A DNA stretch of 64,000 nucleotides. Origin: Escherichia coli. Lineage in GTDB: Bacteria > Pseudomonadota > Gammaproteobacteria > Enterobacterales > Enterobacteriaceae. Each line of letters begins with the position of its first letter. Position 1 is the first letter of the stretch. Below are positions 44,758 through 56,200 of the stretch, in pieces. Below the pieces are notes generated by a model. That model was not told the DNA's origin, ran no database searches, and worked only from the letters and a program-made list of their open reading frames with translations. The DNA lies in assembly GCF_009931435.1 (NCBI RefSeq), contig NZ_CP043414.1. One strand, given 5' to 3'. A program made the translations under genes and the position numbers.

Positions 44758-46872
44758 TTAATCAGCCACTAATAGCGGACTAGGGATACCAGATGATGAA
44801 ACAAACAGCCCTTTTACGGCACGGGTTGCAGCCACATGCAGTAACGCGCGCTCATTAAATAATGCATCACGCTGTTCAACGGGATCATCGGATGCTAATG
44901 CTTTTATTTCCGGCACAACGCCTTCGTTAATCCCCACCAGGAACACATACTGGAACTCAAGCCCTTTAATACGGTGCATCGTTGCAACTCGCACGCCTGG
45001 GCGTGCATCGCTGTCACCGCTATCATTGCCTAAATTAAATGTCTCAATTCCGGCGTCATTGAGTGCTGATGCGTAGCGGTCACAAGCATGTTTAGTACGC
45101 GCAGTAATGCAGATATCCTGAGAACGAACCTGATTCGCCAGCAATGCCTGAATTTGCTTGACGAGTGTTGCAGCCTCTTCTTTGAAATCTGCCGCATGCG
45201 TAATCATGGGCTTTTCCCCGTGCAGTAATGACAAATAATCATTACTGGTATCCGCTTCGCCATCGAGGTTATCAACCTTCACACCAGTTAACAGCCCAAC
45301 AGCAAATTGACGCGTCTCTTCTGTGGTCCGATAGTTAATCTTCAATTTTTTACTGCGACGACCACGGACGTTAATACCACACTGACCAAGAACGACCTTA
45401 TTGCGATAAATACGCTGATGCCCATCCCCGACAATAAACAGATCGTTGGGCGACTCGGGAACCAGGCTGCGAATAAGAGTAAATGCCGGGGCACCGATAT
45501 CTTGAGCTTCATCGACGACAATACTGCTATAAGGTAGTTGGACCTGCTTTTCTTTAAACAGAACAATAGCCTCATGCATGGCATCGCCCATTTCGCGCAG
45601 TTTGGCACGCGCCATTTGTGCTCTGAATTCTTCGAAAACTGGCCAGATTTTCGCCCGTTGAATACGGGATAACGCTGTACCACGTCCAACCCGGCTGACT
45701 TTGAGGTATTCCTCCCGGGTGTAAACCGCATTTGGCTGGACAACGCGTTGCCACTCTTCAGCATAGAAATTGTCAGGTAGCCCCAGTTCGGCAGGTGCCT
45801 GCTGCAAGGCATAGTTCCAGCATTTACGTCGCCCTTCATCGCTGTCGTATACCACGCGGAAATCATAACCGTGGCGTTTTAGTTGGTCGCTCATCCAGGC
45901 ATCAATGTTAACGACGTCAATACGCGCCATCTCTTCTCGCGTACACAACCGCTGGAGATTAGCGCGAATATCTGCCGCCAGGTTACGCGTAAAGGTCGTG
46001 AAAAGTACCTTCTTACCGGGTTTATCTACCAGACGCTGAGATAACCACCGCGCACGGTGCATTGCAACAACCGTTTTCCCTGTACCTGCACCGCCCAGTA
46101 CTCGTACCGGACCATTAGCGGGCGACTCCACCAGTTTTCGCTGGCTCGGGTGCAGAAATACACGCCATTTTTCTAAAGGCGCATTAAGCATCTGCAATAG
46201 TTCCTGTTCATTTTCAACGACATGGAAGCGACGTTTACTTCGTTCAATCGCCTCCATAAAGTCGTTGGTATCAACAGGCTCATCACGATGATCGTTAAAC
46301 TCTTCCAGCACTTCCTGGTAATCCAGCCCTTCTGCCAGCCAGTGCAGAGGTTCCCAGGCTTCTGCTGGCATTATGCTTTCAAGTTGATTAAGCCCGGCTT
46401 CATCGGTAAGCGCCATCACCTGATCAATAAAGACAGGCGGCACACCCAGGGCCAGAATCTGTTCCGCGCTGTAAGCTGCGAAGAGTTTCGGTTTATCAAC
46501 CACCGTTTCCGCTGCCGGTTTGATATAGCTAATATCAATGACCTGAATCGCGCCAGTAACCGGGTGAATCGAACAATCATGCCGCCGCGCCCAGTCATAT
46601 GCTTCGTCGTGTTTATCCACCCACATCAGCATATACAGAGCACCCTGTTCAGGTTTCAGAACAATGCCGCGATAAGTTTGATCGATTCGCACCGAATGGA
46701 CATTTTTACTGCGCGCATCGTGGATCTTTTCATAGTTAAGTCCATTACTGGTCGGGTCCTGACGGAATTTGGAGATGAATTCCTGCACCTTTTTTTGCTG
46801 TGCTTTTGGGATCCGCGCGAATGCGCCCAGAAAACCATCAGAAAGTGCCACCTTGGGCGTTTGCACCGTCAT
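44758..46872 (-). CDS. UvrD/Rep-like superfamily 1 helicase (704 aa), last gene of defence-like operon
   Basis: Q-motif and Walker A (LHPSQRKLV...GGAGTGKT), VVDEAQD, GDGHQRIY, YRTTEE, MHRIKGLEF; ATG overlaps upstream stop (ATGA). Confidence 0.8.
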   Translation of the reverse strand: MTVQTPKVALSDGFLGAFARIPKAQQKKVQEFISKFRQDPTSNGLNYEKIHDARSKNVHSVRIDQTYRGIVLKPEQGALYMLMWVDKHDEAYDWARRHDCSIHPVTGAIQVIDISYIKPAAETVVDKPKLFAAYSAEQILALGVPPVFIDQVMALTDEAGLNQLESIMPAEAWEPLHWLAEGLDYQEVLEEFNDHRDEPVDTNDFMEAIERSKRRFHVVENEQELLQMLNAPLEKWRVFLHPSQRKLVESPANGPVRVLGGAGTGKTVVAMHRARWLSQRLVDKPGKKVLFTTFTRNLAADIRANLQRLCTREEMARIDVVNIDAWMSDQLKRHGYDFRVVYDSDEGRRKCWNYALQQAPAELGLPDNFYAEEWQRVVQPNAVYTREEYLKVSRVGRGTALSRIQRAKIWPVFEEFRAQMARAKLREMGDAMHEAIVLFKEKQVQLPYSSIVVDEAQDIGAPAFTLIRSLVPESPNDLFIVGDGHQRIYRNKVVLGQCGINVRGRRSKKLKINYRTTEETRQFAVGLLTGVKVDNLDGEADTSNDYLSLLHGEKPMITHAADFKEEAATLVKQIQALLANQVRSQDICITARTKHACDRYASALNDAGIETFNLGNDSGDSDARPGVRVATMHRIKGLEFQYVFLVGINEGVVPEIKALASDDPVEQRDALFNERALLHVAATRAVKGLFVSSSGIPSPLLVAD

Positions 46873-49800
46873 TTGTCACCTCCGGACAGATGTTGCAATG
46901 TATTTTCGTCAATTGGCCCGAATGCAACGTGCCAACCCCTGGTTGTGAATAATGGAATAAATTCTTGATTATCAATAATCAATGCCCATTTTTGTGATGG
47001 CCAGGCGAGATCGGCTTCCGCAATAATTTCACCTTCATCATTTTGCAATTCGTAGCCGAGAGTCGGCGCAGAGAGAGAATGAGACTGAAGCAACGCGATC
47101 TCTTCAGCGCTTAATAAGCCAAACTCAATAATCTCAGCCCAACTTTCATCAGTCTCTGGTACTGCCTCTGGCGTTGCCGTAACTTTAACGTCAACGCTTT
47201 CCTGCGGTAAATGTACGGCTTTACGGCTGGTAAAGGTCATATCCGGCAGGAACTGTAACAGGTTTACCAGTCGCCAGAAGCCATTGAGTCCCGCTTCATA
47301 ACCGTCATCCTGCGTATAGCGATCGTCAAAACAGATATGCAAACGCAGCCAGCTGCGCATTTGTGCGACACTGGTCGTCGGTTTAATGGCTTGTTGTGGC
47401 AACACCGAAGCCAGCTCAATAAATTGCTGCGATGAGTTACAGCTATCGAGTAAACCACCAAAGACAAACGGTTCGTCTGGCAAAAGCTCTGCTAGCCGCC
47501 AGTCTGGCGCGTTTTCCTGCATTTCATAGGCATACTTTTGTTTCGTTCCCGCGTCCTGTGACTTCTTCACATCCAACCACACCCAGGCATGTGCAGCAGC
47601 CATTTTCTGCCATAACTGCGTTCTTCCTCCCGGCTCGGCGAGATAATCCAGCAGCAGTGCAAAACTGTTGCGTTCCCGGAACGACGCTTCAAGGGCCGCA
47701 AAGTTGGTATCGTGAAACAGGTTATAAAACTTAGGCTGTTTCATATCCGGGTTATGCCCAAGCCCCAGGACATCCTGAACATGTTTAAGCCCAGGCTCTT
47801 TGAGATCGGCCCACGTGACTGTCCACACCCAGAAATTACCGCTATCCCGAATCGCCTGGCGTTTTTGCACATCCTCTGCGACGCTATTTTTGTGAAACGC
47901 AAAGCCATCAAGGAAAATAGCTACCGGTTTAATGGCATCAGACTGCATAAGCGGATATAGCACGTAATCCGGGCGACAAGGGATCCCCACAGCCTCTTTA
48001 GCGCCTAAATCCACCTGAGCTTTAAGATGCCAGCTCATCATCGGTTCGCTGCGGGTGTTAATAATCCACCCAGCGCCCTGATGCGCGTAACTGCGACTGA
48101 CAATCAGGTTTTTATTTTCTTGCAGGCAGCTAATAAACCGTTTTTCCAGCTCACTGCCCATCATGGCTTCGAGGGAAATGTTTTTGATGGAATCAATTAC
48201 CCGTATCGAATCTCTTGCCTGCAAAATTTTCGCCAGCAAGAGACGCGCCTGATCGCGGGAGACATACTTCATGCGCCCACGGTCACGGTAAGCGTAAACG
48301 CAACGATAACAACCATCTTTATGCGTATCATGGTTGCAACTGCATTCCACTATCGCCTGATAGGCCAGTTCAAGTAATTTCAGCAAATTGTCGGGAGTGC
48401 GCATCAGCTCTTTAAGAGAACCAGTCCCCCCCGGGACGGTATCGTAAATCACCAGATACTGCCGCCAGGATTCGCCTTCATTTTCCGGCTCGCGGTACAC
48501 AACGCCTTTCAGGTGATCGACATTCCCCTTGAAGTAATGTTTAAGGCCGAGCTGGATCGCCGCCCCAAGAGAAGCCTCCACGACACGGTCATTACTGTAA
48601 CTGCTTACCGGGAGCAGAATTCGCAACGCTTCTGACTCCAGCTGGCGATAGAGATAGAGATAATCTTCGAACTTCGCCTTTTCCGGTTCCGTGCGATATT
48701 TGCAGCTCAAATCATGACGTGGTTCATGATCGCGAGGACGCTGTACCATGCCGCACCCCAGGCAAACTTTAAACCCGGTTCGCTTCTTCGCTTCTCCGGC
48801 AATCATCAACTCATTGGCATCATCCGCCATTTTGCCGAAGTTGATATCCCGCAGGGTGACTTTGCTTAAAAATTCAAAACCAAACGGAACTTCGCCTTCC
48901 TCAATCGCGTATGCCGCCGATACATCTTCTTTTTCGAAACTAACCAATAGCTGACGCTGGAAGAAAGCAGGTTCACGGCTGTCGCTCTCGTCGCTGATCT
49001 GGCTATCACGTGCGCTGGCGCGGGCATACACCTGGCGAAGTTTCAGCAGCGTGGTTTTTTGTCCGGCGTCGGCCCACCCCGGTGTGCCACATTTCGGGCA
49101 ATATTTATGCTGGTCGCCCGTCTGGTCGATATTTTCGCTGTAGTTACAGTGGCTACAGATACGCCAGTTCTCCGGCTCAGAGACCTTCAGGTCTATCTGC
49201 TCAATTTCAACTTTATGCCCACCGGCATAGAAATTATTCAGCGGAGCCAGCTCAGCCAGCGCCGTTGATGCCGGGCGTTCATATTCGAAAGTGGTGTTTT
49301 GATATTCACGCGCTTCCCCGCCTTCTTTACGCCGCCAGAGCACAGAACGTAACGTAATACCGGCTTCCGGGAAGGCGTAGTTAGGCAGCAGACCTTCATC
49401 CGTGAGGAAATTCAGCGTCTGCTTATTGTTGATTTGATTGACTAGCGCCATCAGCGCCTGCCGTTCTGAAGTTAACTCGCGCATATCGCTGTCAAAGTTT
49501 TGATCGCGCGGCGCGTTCTCCAGCTTATCGATACTGCGCTTGAGTTTATCGATGCGTGAACGCAGAGATTTGCGATCTTCCACCAGCAGTTTTAACGCCT
49601 CTTCGATACGCTGCACCAGAGAGCGTTGTCCTGGCGCGCCCTGAAGATAAGACAACAACTGTTGGCGAGTTTCTGCGGCAAGATCGGGGAAGATCGCCGT
49701 AAATTGTGCAGCAATCTCCGCATGATGCTGTTCGATATATCTCAGTAAGTTATACGGAAAACCCGATTTACGCCCGAACTCCAGCTCATCCAGCATCTGT

Positions 49801-52800
49801 TTGACGTTTTTACAGATAGCGGATTCTGGTACACCGGTTTTCACCCAGTTATCCATACAAAAAGCTGCCAGCTGGCGTTCGAGAATAGCCGTTGCATTGA
49901 GGAAGACGCCAGGAGCCTGCACCTGGCCCTGCATCATCTCCAGCGGTTCTTCAAAGAAAAACTGATCGTGCGGGTTCCCTTCTGCCACGGTAATGTTTAA
50001 CGCGTTACCATCTTTACGACCGGCGCGACCAATACGCTGCAAGTAGTTGGCCTGAGCAGGTGGGACAGAACAGAGTAAAACGGTGGAAAGATCCCCAACG
50101 TCAATACCCATCTCCAGCGTCGGTGTTGCCGACAACAGGTTGATATTCCACGGTTGGTTGCCACGGTAGAACGATTTTTCGGTGGCTTCGCGATCTTCAC
50201 GGCTAAGCAGCCCCGTGTGTTCTGCGCCCTGCACGCGCGCGATGTCCATGTTCTCCCAACGCCAGGTCGCCATATTGTCGACTTCCTGGTAACGACCTTC
50301 ACAACGTAAAGAGAGACAAGGCGCATTACGCCACTGCCAGCCTTGATCGGCCGGAGCCCGGACAACCTCACGGCAACATGAGCAATTAAGCTGAACGACG
50401 TCACGGCTCACCACCAGCGCCGAAGGCACCAGTCCCCAGGCTTCACGCCCTTTGGTGTCAAAATCTTTTACTACTCCGGCTATTTTCAACGCCGTAAACA
50501 GGCGTCGTAACACTGTTTCCGCAACGCTACTGATAAACAGATTATTGCCGTTACTCAGCGTGCGATTGATCCAATGCTGATACCAACTGGGGTTAGACTT
50601 CGCGCCAATCAGGCGATGGAAACCATTAATTTTTTCAAACGACGCATAAGCCGGTTTACGCGTTTTCGGACCGATAGAAGGCATATAGCGCGATGTACGC
50701 TCTTTTTGCGTCATCATAAAGGTCGTGCCATCACGGCGATAACTTTCGAACGCCGGATGCATAACGGCCCCGGCCTGGCGTTGATACCAGATAACCCCCA
50801 GCGCCAGGTGCGCTACCTGCTCGACGCTCACACCGGACATCTCATCACCCAGCTCTTCACAAAGCTGTTGATGCAGGGCGGTAATTGCCGGATTAAAGCG
50901 TTCTTTATCCACTCCGGCAACGGCATAACCGGTGGCTTCCAGCGTACGTCCGATACGCGCGCGCAGGGTAAATTCGCTGTACACCTCCCAGTCGAGGCGC
51001 AGGGAAACCAGCTCCGGCAGATCGGAGTTCTCCGCCAGTTTGCCTTCATTTTTCAGTGTCTGATAATCATTCAGCCACTGCATATTTGGTGCGATGAAGT
51101 TCGCTGCAAAATGAGCATCGTCCGGTGAACGTTCACGCGTTTGTTGGCAAACACGCGCCGCGAACGCATCCAGCGGTAATGTCTCTTTTTCGCCAAGAAC
51201 ACTGGCGATTTGCCCACGAATCATCAGCGGCCAGGTTCGGGCAGTAAAAAAGCTGGCACGATGCGCGGCGTCTTGTACCGAGTCAGAAAACGTAATCAGC
51301 TTTTTATGTTCGTTGAACTGGCTGCCATAAAGCTGGTGAATCATCACCGCCGACAAACTGGCAGCCCGTGACCCCAGAATCGAAATCCCCTGTTTGCTGT
51401 TGCAGTACGGGCATTCATTAGCAAACTCCAGCTCGTCCTTACGCTCTTTGAGCATATCCGGGATCAGTACCTGCAACAGTTCCGTATGACCGCAATGTCC
51501 ACACTGGACGCTGGACTGTCGGTTCAGTTTCAGACAGGTAGGGCACAGTTTCTGGTGTGCGCCACTGACCGCTTTTTCGTTGTTATCCGGGAAAGCAAGG
51601 ACGATGGAGCGCCCTTTTTCAAAGAACTGGCGATAAATGCCGTCGAGGTCTGTTTCCAGCTGAACGCTTTGCCCATGACGCAGGCTGGCCCAGCCAGTTG
51701 CGTGGCAGTCACGGCAGTGGATAACCGGCAAATAGTGTTCGCGGTCTTCCACCGCCACATCATCGGCAAACACCAGTCTCGGCGTTTTCGCCACGCTGGC
51801 GACCAGACGACGCATCTCACGAAGCCACAACTGGGAGCGCAGTTGCACAAACGGCAGCACCGGGCGCGCTTTCTTCGCCTGGAGACGTTTTTGCCGATCG
51901 TGTTCCATTTCCGGTACTTCGAGACGTGCCTGTGCGATCAGCGCCAGAATGCTTTGCAGCACGCGTCGGGCATGGTCGGCGCTTTCTGCCAGCATAACCT
52001 GGAGATTTTCCAGACACTCTCGTTCAGAGAGGATCCCGCCTTGCAGATCATGGAGTAAGACATGCATCACGCTGTGGCGGCGTAACAGTGACCCCAGCGC
52101 AATACGCTTTTCACGCCCGTCGTCGCTCTCCAGATCGTCCGGGAGTTGCAAGTCGCTGTCGGGGAACCACAAAGGGATTTGCCCGTTAAGATACGCTACC
52201 GGGGTAGCGTAACTCTGCGGGTCCAGGGCCGAAGCGACCTCCTGCCCCGGATACTGACTGTACGCAATGGCGTAATCCTGCAAGTACTCCGCTGCCGTGT
52301 AGCGATCTTCGCGAATAACGGCGTCATCGGTAAACGGCTGGTCAAAGATTGTTTTTGCGTAATCGAGCAGTTGCCCCAGTTCGTCGCCGACGGTCGCTGA
52401 TGTCCCGACACAGGCGAATCGTTGGTTATCCACACCTATGTGATGCTTCAGACGTCGCACCAGACAGGCCAGATCCGACCCTTGCGCGCCATCAAACGTA
52501 TGCAATTCATCCACGACCAGGTAGCGCAATGAACCGGGCTGGTTGTAACGCCAGAGCGGCTGATCGCCAGGGCGCATCAGCAGGTAGTCGAGCATTTTGT
52601 AGTTGGTCAACAGGATGTCCGGCGGGCTTTCGCGCAGCGTGTGCTTGCAGGTAATGACCTTTTCTGCCGACATTTTTTTGCTGGGTTCGATTTCGCTGTC
52701 GCCGACAAACAGGCCGACGGTCACCTTGCCATGCAGTTGTGGATCGCTGGCGATGGTTTTGGCGAAACGGCTGGCCTGATCGGTTGCCAGGGCGTTCATC

Positions 52801-53210
52801 GGGTAGATGATAATCGCTTTAACCCCGGCTTGTGACGCGCCCGCGCAGTGGTTGAGCAGCGGGAACATAAAACATTCTGTTTTACCGGAGCCGGTACCGG
52901 TAGCGACCAGTGTCGGCTGTGGCGCGTCGCTTCCCAGACGCTGAAATGCCCGGGCCTGATGCGCGTGCGGCGGGAACGGCAGCGTCAGATTAGGGAAAAA
53001 ATTCAGCGGTAAGTCACTTTTACGAAACGGCAACTGGGCGGAAAGGTATGGTCCTTTCAGCAGCGTTTCCGGCTGGGCCAGAAATTGCTCCAGCATTGAG
53101 ACATTATCGTTATTCTCACCGTTAAACAGCGGGCTGTTTAGCGGGAACGCCGCCCGTAAAAAGGCGGCAACGCTGTCGGCGACCTGCCGACTGACAACGG
53201 ACGGCAACAT
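46869..53210 (-). CDS. giant DExH-box helicase with Zn-ribbons, DUF1998 (MrfA-like) domain and C-terminal Vsr/DUF559-like nuclease fold (2113 aa)
   Basis: Motif I GTGSGKT (~aa 105), motif II DELH (~234), TSAT (~270), motif VI QRIGRAGR (~1057); DUF1998-type IYDTVPGGTGS...CSCNHDTHKDGCYRC (~1590-1640); RPDYV...VAIFLDGFAFH...D..KRQAIRDSGNFWVWTVTWADL (~1745-1805). Confidence 0.8.
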   Translation of the reverse strand: MLPSVVSRQVADSVAAFLRAAFPLNSPLFNGENNDNVSMLEQFLAQPETLLKGPYLSAQLPFRKSDLPLNFFPNLTLPFPPHAHQARAFQRLGSDAPQPTLVATGTGSGKTECFMFPLLNHCAGASQAGVKAIIIYPMNALATDQASRFAKTIASDPQLHGKVTVGLFVGDSEIEPSKKMSAEKVITCKHTLRESPPDILLTNYKMLDYLLMRPGDQPLWRYNQPGSLRYLVVDELHTFDGAQGSDLACLVRRLKHHIGVDNQRFACVGTSATVGDELGQLLDYAKTIFDQPFTDDAVIREDRYTAAEYLQDYAIAYSQYPGQEVASALDPQSYATPVAYLNGQIPLWFPDSDLQLPDDLESDDGREKRIALGSLLRRHSVMHVLLHDLQGGILSERECLENLQVMLAESADHARRVLQSILALIAQARLEVPEMEHDRQKRLQAKKARPVLPFVQLRSQLWLREMRRLVASVAKTPRLVFADDVAVEDREHYLPVIHCRDCHATGWASLRHGQSVQLETDLDGIYRQFFEKGRSIVLAFPDNNEKAVSGAHQKLCPTCLKLNRQSSVQCGHCGHTELLQVLIPDMLKERKDELEFANECPYCNSKQGISILGSRAASLSAVMIHQLYGSQFNEHKKLITFSDSVQDAAHRASFFTARTWPLMIRGQIASVLGEKETLPLDAFAARVCQQTRERSPDDAHFAANFIAPNMQWLNDYQTLKNEGKLAENSDLPELVSLRLDWEVYSEFTLRARIGRTLEATGYAVAGVDKERFNPAITALHQQLCEELGDEMSGVSVEQVAHLALGVIWYQRQAGAVMHPAFESYRRDGTTFMMTQKERTSRYMPSIGPKTRKPAYASFEKINGFHRLIGAKSNPSWYQHWINRTLSNGNNLFISSVAETVLRRLFTALKIAGVVKDFDTKGREAWGLVPSALVVSRDVVQLNCSCCREVVRAPADQGWQWRNAPCLSLRCEGRYQEVDNMATWRWENMDIARVQGAEHTGLLSREDREATEKSFYRGNQPWNINLLSATPTLEMGIDVGDLSTVLLCSVPPAQANYLQRIGRAGRKDGNALNITVAEGNPHDQFFFEEPLEMMQGQVQAPGVFLNATAILERQLAAFCMDNWVKTGVPESAICKNVKQMLDELEFGRKSGFPYNLLRYIEQHHAEIAAQFTAIFPDLAAETRQQLLSYLQGAPGQRSLVQRIEEALKLLVEDRKSLRSRIDKLKRSIDKLENAPRDQNFDSDMRELTSERQALMALVNQINNKQTLNFLTDEGLLPNYAFPEAGITLRSVLWRRKEGGEAREYQNTTFEYERPASTALAELAPLNNFYAGGHKVEIEQIDLKVSEPENWRICSHCNYSENIDQTGDQHKYCPKCGTPGWADAGQKTTLLKLRQVYARASARDSQISDESDSREPAFFQRQLLVSFEKEDVSAAYAIEEGEVPFGFEFLSKVTLRDINFGKMADDANELMIAGEAKKRTGFKVCLGCGMVQRPRDHEPRHDLSCKYRTEPEKAKFEDYLYLYRQLESEALRILLPVSSYSNDRVVEASLGAAIQLGLKHYFKGNVDHLKGVVYREPENEGESWRQYLVIYDTVPGGTGSLKELMRTPDNLLKLLELAYQAIVECSCNHDTHKDGCYRCVYAYRDRGRMKYVSRDQARLLLAKILQARDSIRVIDSIKNISLEAMMGSELEKRFISCLQENKNLIVSRSYAHQGAGWIINTRSEPMMSWHLKAQVDLGAKEAVGIPCRPDYVLYPLMQSDAIKPVAIFLDGFAFHKNSVAEDVQKRQAIRDSGNFWVWTVTWADLKEPGLKHVQDVLGLGHNPDMKQPKFYNLFHDTNFAALEASFRERNSFALLLDYLAEPGGRTQLWQKMAAAHAWVWLDVKKSQDAGTKQKYAYEMQENAPDWRLAELLPDEPFVFGGLLDSCNSSQQFIELASVLPQQAIKPTTSVAQMRSWLRLHICFDDRYTQDDGYEAGLNGFWRLVNLLQFLPDMTFTSRKAVHLPQESVDVKVTATPEAVPETDESWAEIIEFGLLSAEEIALLQSHSLSAPTLGYELQNDEGEIIAEADLAWPSQKWALIIDNQEFIPLFTTRGWHVAFGPIDENTLQHLSGGDK

Positions 53211-56200
53211 CAGGCGCTCTCCTTATCTTGTGCAAAGAACGCCCAGGCCACTTTGTAGTCGTCTTCGCGATCCGGCTTGATAAACGGTGCCTGCCAGGTG
53301 ACGGTACGGCGCTCGCCTTCGTCGCTGCGGGTATAGTCATCAAAGGTGACGCTGACGGTACCGGTTTGCAAATGTTTGACATCATCCCAACCGATGGCTT
53401 GATCGGTGCAGTCACCGCCGGTCCACTCCGGGCTGTCGACGTTAAAGACAAAGCCGTTTTTCAGGTCAGCTTTACGCGCGGTGCGAGGCAAGCCAACGCC
53501 CACCAACCCTTTGCTTGGGGTAAAGATGATGCGGCCGTTTTGGTCGTACCAGGTGTCCGCTTCGTACTGACGCATCACCGGGAACTGTACACGGTAAATG
53601 GTAAGCAGCTCTTCGAGGGTTAACCCCAGCGCCTGTGCCACCAGAACGTCGATTTCCACCAGCGCCTGACGACGACTGTAGTCGGAGCGTAAGGCACAGT
53701 TACGCTGCCACTCTGGGGTCAGATTGGCGAAGAAATCTTGTGGGAGCTGCGGGAGATCGCGGCTCCAGCGTTGGGTATTGAAGTCTGGGGTGTAGCAGGA
53801 TTGCCAAAGGCCAGCATATACATCATTTACAGAATTTAATGATAATACTAAGCAGTATAATAATGCCTTTTGTCTCGGATTGAATAATACGTATGAGAAA
53901 CCATCAAGCATCTGATGTAAGTTTGCCTTGCCAGTAGATTTACAAATAAAATCAAAAGGTAAAGAAAAACACATACCTGAATGTTCGAGTAACTGATTCT
54001 GTGAGCTATAGCAGTAAGAACGTACTGCGTTCATGTGACTTATTTCTGGCGGATAAATAGCACTAATTAGTGTACGTTCCCCCGATTGAGCCAACATGGC
54101 TCTGATAGCTAAGCGATAATAATCTGTTACCTTCTTCGGTTCATCTTCAGCCAGTTCAGTCCATGTAACGCATGGAGTACGTTTGGCATACTCCTGTGCA
54201 TCACAGGCTGGAATATAGTTAGTGCGCGGCAAATAGTCGTCGGGCAGAGTTAGCAAGTCTAGGTTATCGTATGCTTTATTCGTGTCACAAACCGCTCTAG
54301 GCGTATTGTAGAAAGGATTGCCAACAAAAAAATGAGGGCCAGACAAAACCCATTGTGATGCTTCTTCCGGGAACTGTGTATGTCGCTCAATTGTACCATC
54401 GCTTTGCTGATTAGTTTCATGCCACATTTCTAGAGAATAATATTGCCCCTGCAAATCACCTAATCGCCTAGGTTGTTTCGCAAACTTTTCAAGTACTGTA
54501 ACTAATTGTGTAGCATGCAACGCAGGAAGACGGGCTTCCTGGGCAGGAGTTCCGACAACATCATAAAGACGCGCAAAAAGACCCAACTGTTTTAAATTTA
54601 TAGGCACGACTCGATCGAAATGTCCCTGGAAATTCCATTTAACTTTTACTTTGCCATCGATTTCAGTTTCTTCTTTTATCCCCGGGACAATGCCTTCCCC
54701 TTTATGTTCAAAACACGCGTCAATAGTTTGAGGAATAAATAAATTTGCTATATTTGAGAATGCCACTATCTGAGAATAGGGGCCATATACATTGATGCTA
54801 AATCTAGTGTGATTATCTACTTCAGCAAATATTTTAACTTCATTGGCAAATTGAAAATGCGCCCTCAACCTCGGGTACACTGCCGCACGCAACTGCCCAC
54901 CTTTCGGGTCATCATAAATCCCTTCCGGGTGCAGGAAGCCTGCCACGCCTTTCTCTGCCCCTAAGCGCCATGCCTGCGGCAGGAAGCATTTATACAAGTT
55001 GGTCTGCACCCCGCGCAGTACCGGGTAGTTTTGCTGCGCATTGAGGAAGTTTTGCATCCCTTCACAGCCTTCATACTCGCTGCGCCAGGCCGCTTCCAGC
55101 GCTGGGATCTGGTTAAAGGTATCAACACGCAACGTTGCCAGCTTCGATGCACTCAGCTTACGCAGCACAAATTCCGGCTCGTAATCACCCAGCACGCCCG
55201 CTTCCTGCCATTCCACTTTTAGCCACGGCGGGTTTCCGAGCATCAGGTCAAAACCGCCGCGCTCGGCAAACAAGTCGCAGAACTCCAGATCCCAGTGGAA
55301 GAAACGGTGCTGCTTTCTCAGGGCATCGACAATCGCCAGACGCGGCAAATGGCGGAACAGCACATCGGTTTTCAGACGACCAGCAACGGAAAACAGCGAA
55401 GACTCTTCTCGCAGCAGGCCTTCTTCGGCAAACAGATCGCCAGTGGTGTGATCCGCAACTTCAGTGACTTTTTCCGTGATTACAATCCCGTCGAGCAGGG
55501 TTTCAATCTCAAACAACCAGGTACCGCGATCCGGTAGCTCATCAGCTTTGTCGATCGGCCAGAACCACAGCGCGCACCAGTAGTCCATCACCCAACGCAG
55601 CTTCTGGTAGGCGCTGTTATCTTCAAGACGACCGCTAAAGGTTTCATCTTTACTGCTCAGCGAAGAACGTGTCTGCTCGCTGTTTTCTGCCGGCCACACC
55701 GGGTAGCTGTCGGCGGTTTTCAGACGTTCTGCTTTAAGTTGCTGGCGATAGGTGTTCCACAGTGCTTCCACCTTTTCGCTGATACGCTGCACATCAGCAA
55801 TCTCATGCCCGGCAAAGCTTTTAATAAACTCTTTGCGCCAGCTGTCCAGCGCTTTGAAGTCATCCGGATAACGCTGCTTAACAGTTTTATCGCTGTAATT
55901 AGCCATACCGCCGTCGGGCAGCAGGAAGTGGAAAATCTGCGTCTCTTCACGCGGCGTGTTCATCGCCAGTTCGACCGGCTCGCTGTTAAGCCAGCTCGGA
56001 TCTTTGACTTTTTTGTAGGTCAGTTCGCTCTTGTTGAACACCTGACGGCGCGCGCCCACCAGCGAGTTACCGCAGTGCAGCTGGTAACCAAACCACGGTA
56101 CAAAGGCATCGCCACTGATGGCGTTCAGCCACAGTGACACTTCCGCCAGCTCCACCGCCACCGGGTTTAAGTCCACGCCGAAAACGTTGTTGTCGGCAAT

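Noticed and set aside
46222-46968. 248-aa plus-strand ORF, with similar ones at 56813-57409 and 59104-59775
   Set aside because: Antisense shadows inside the well-supported helicase and methyltransferase genes; no independent signals.
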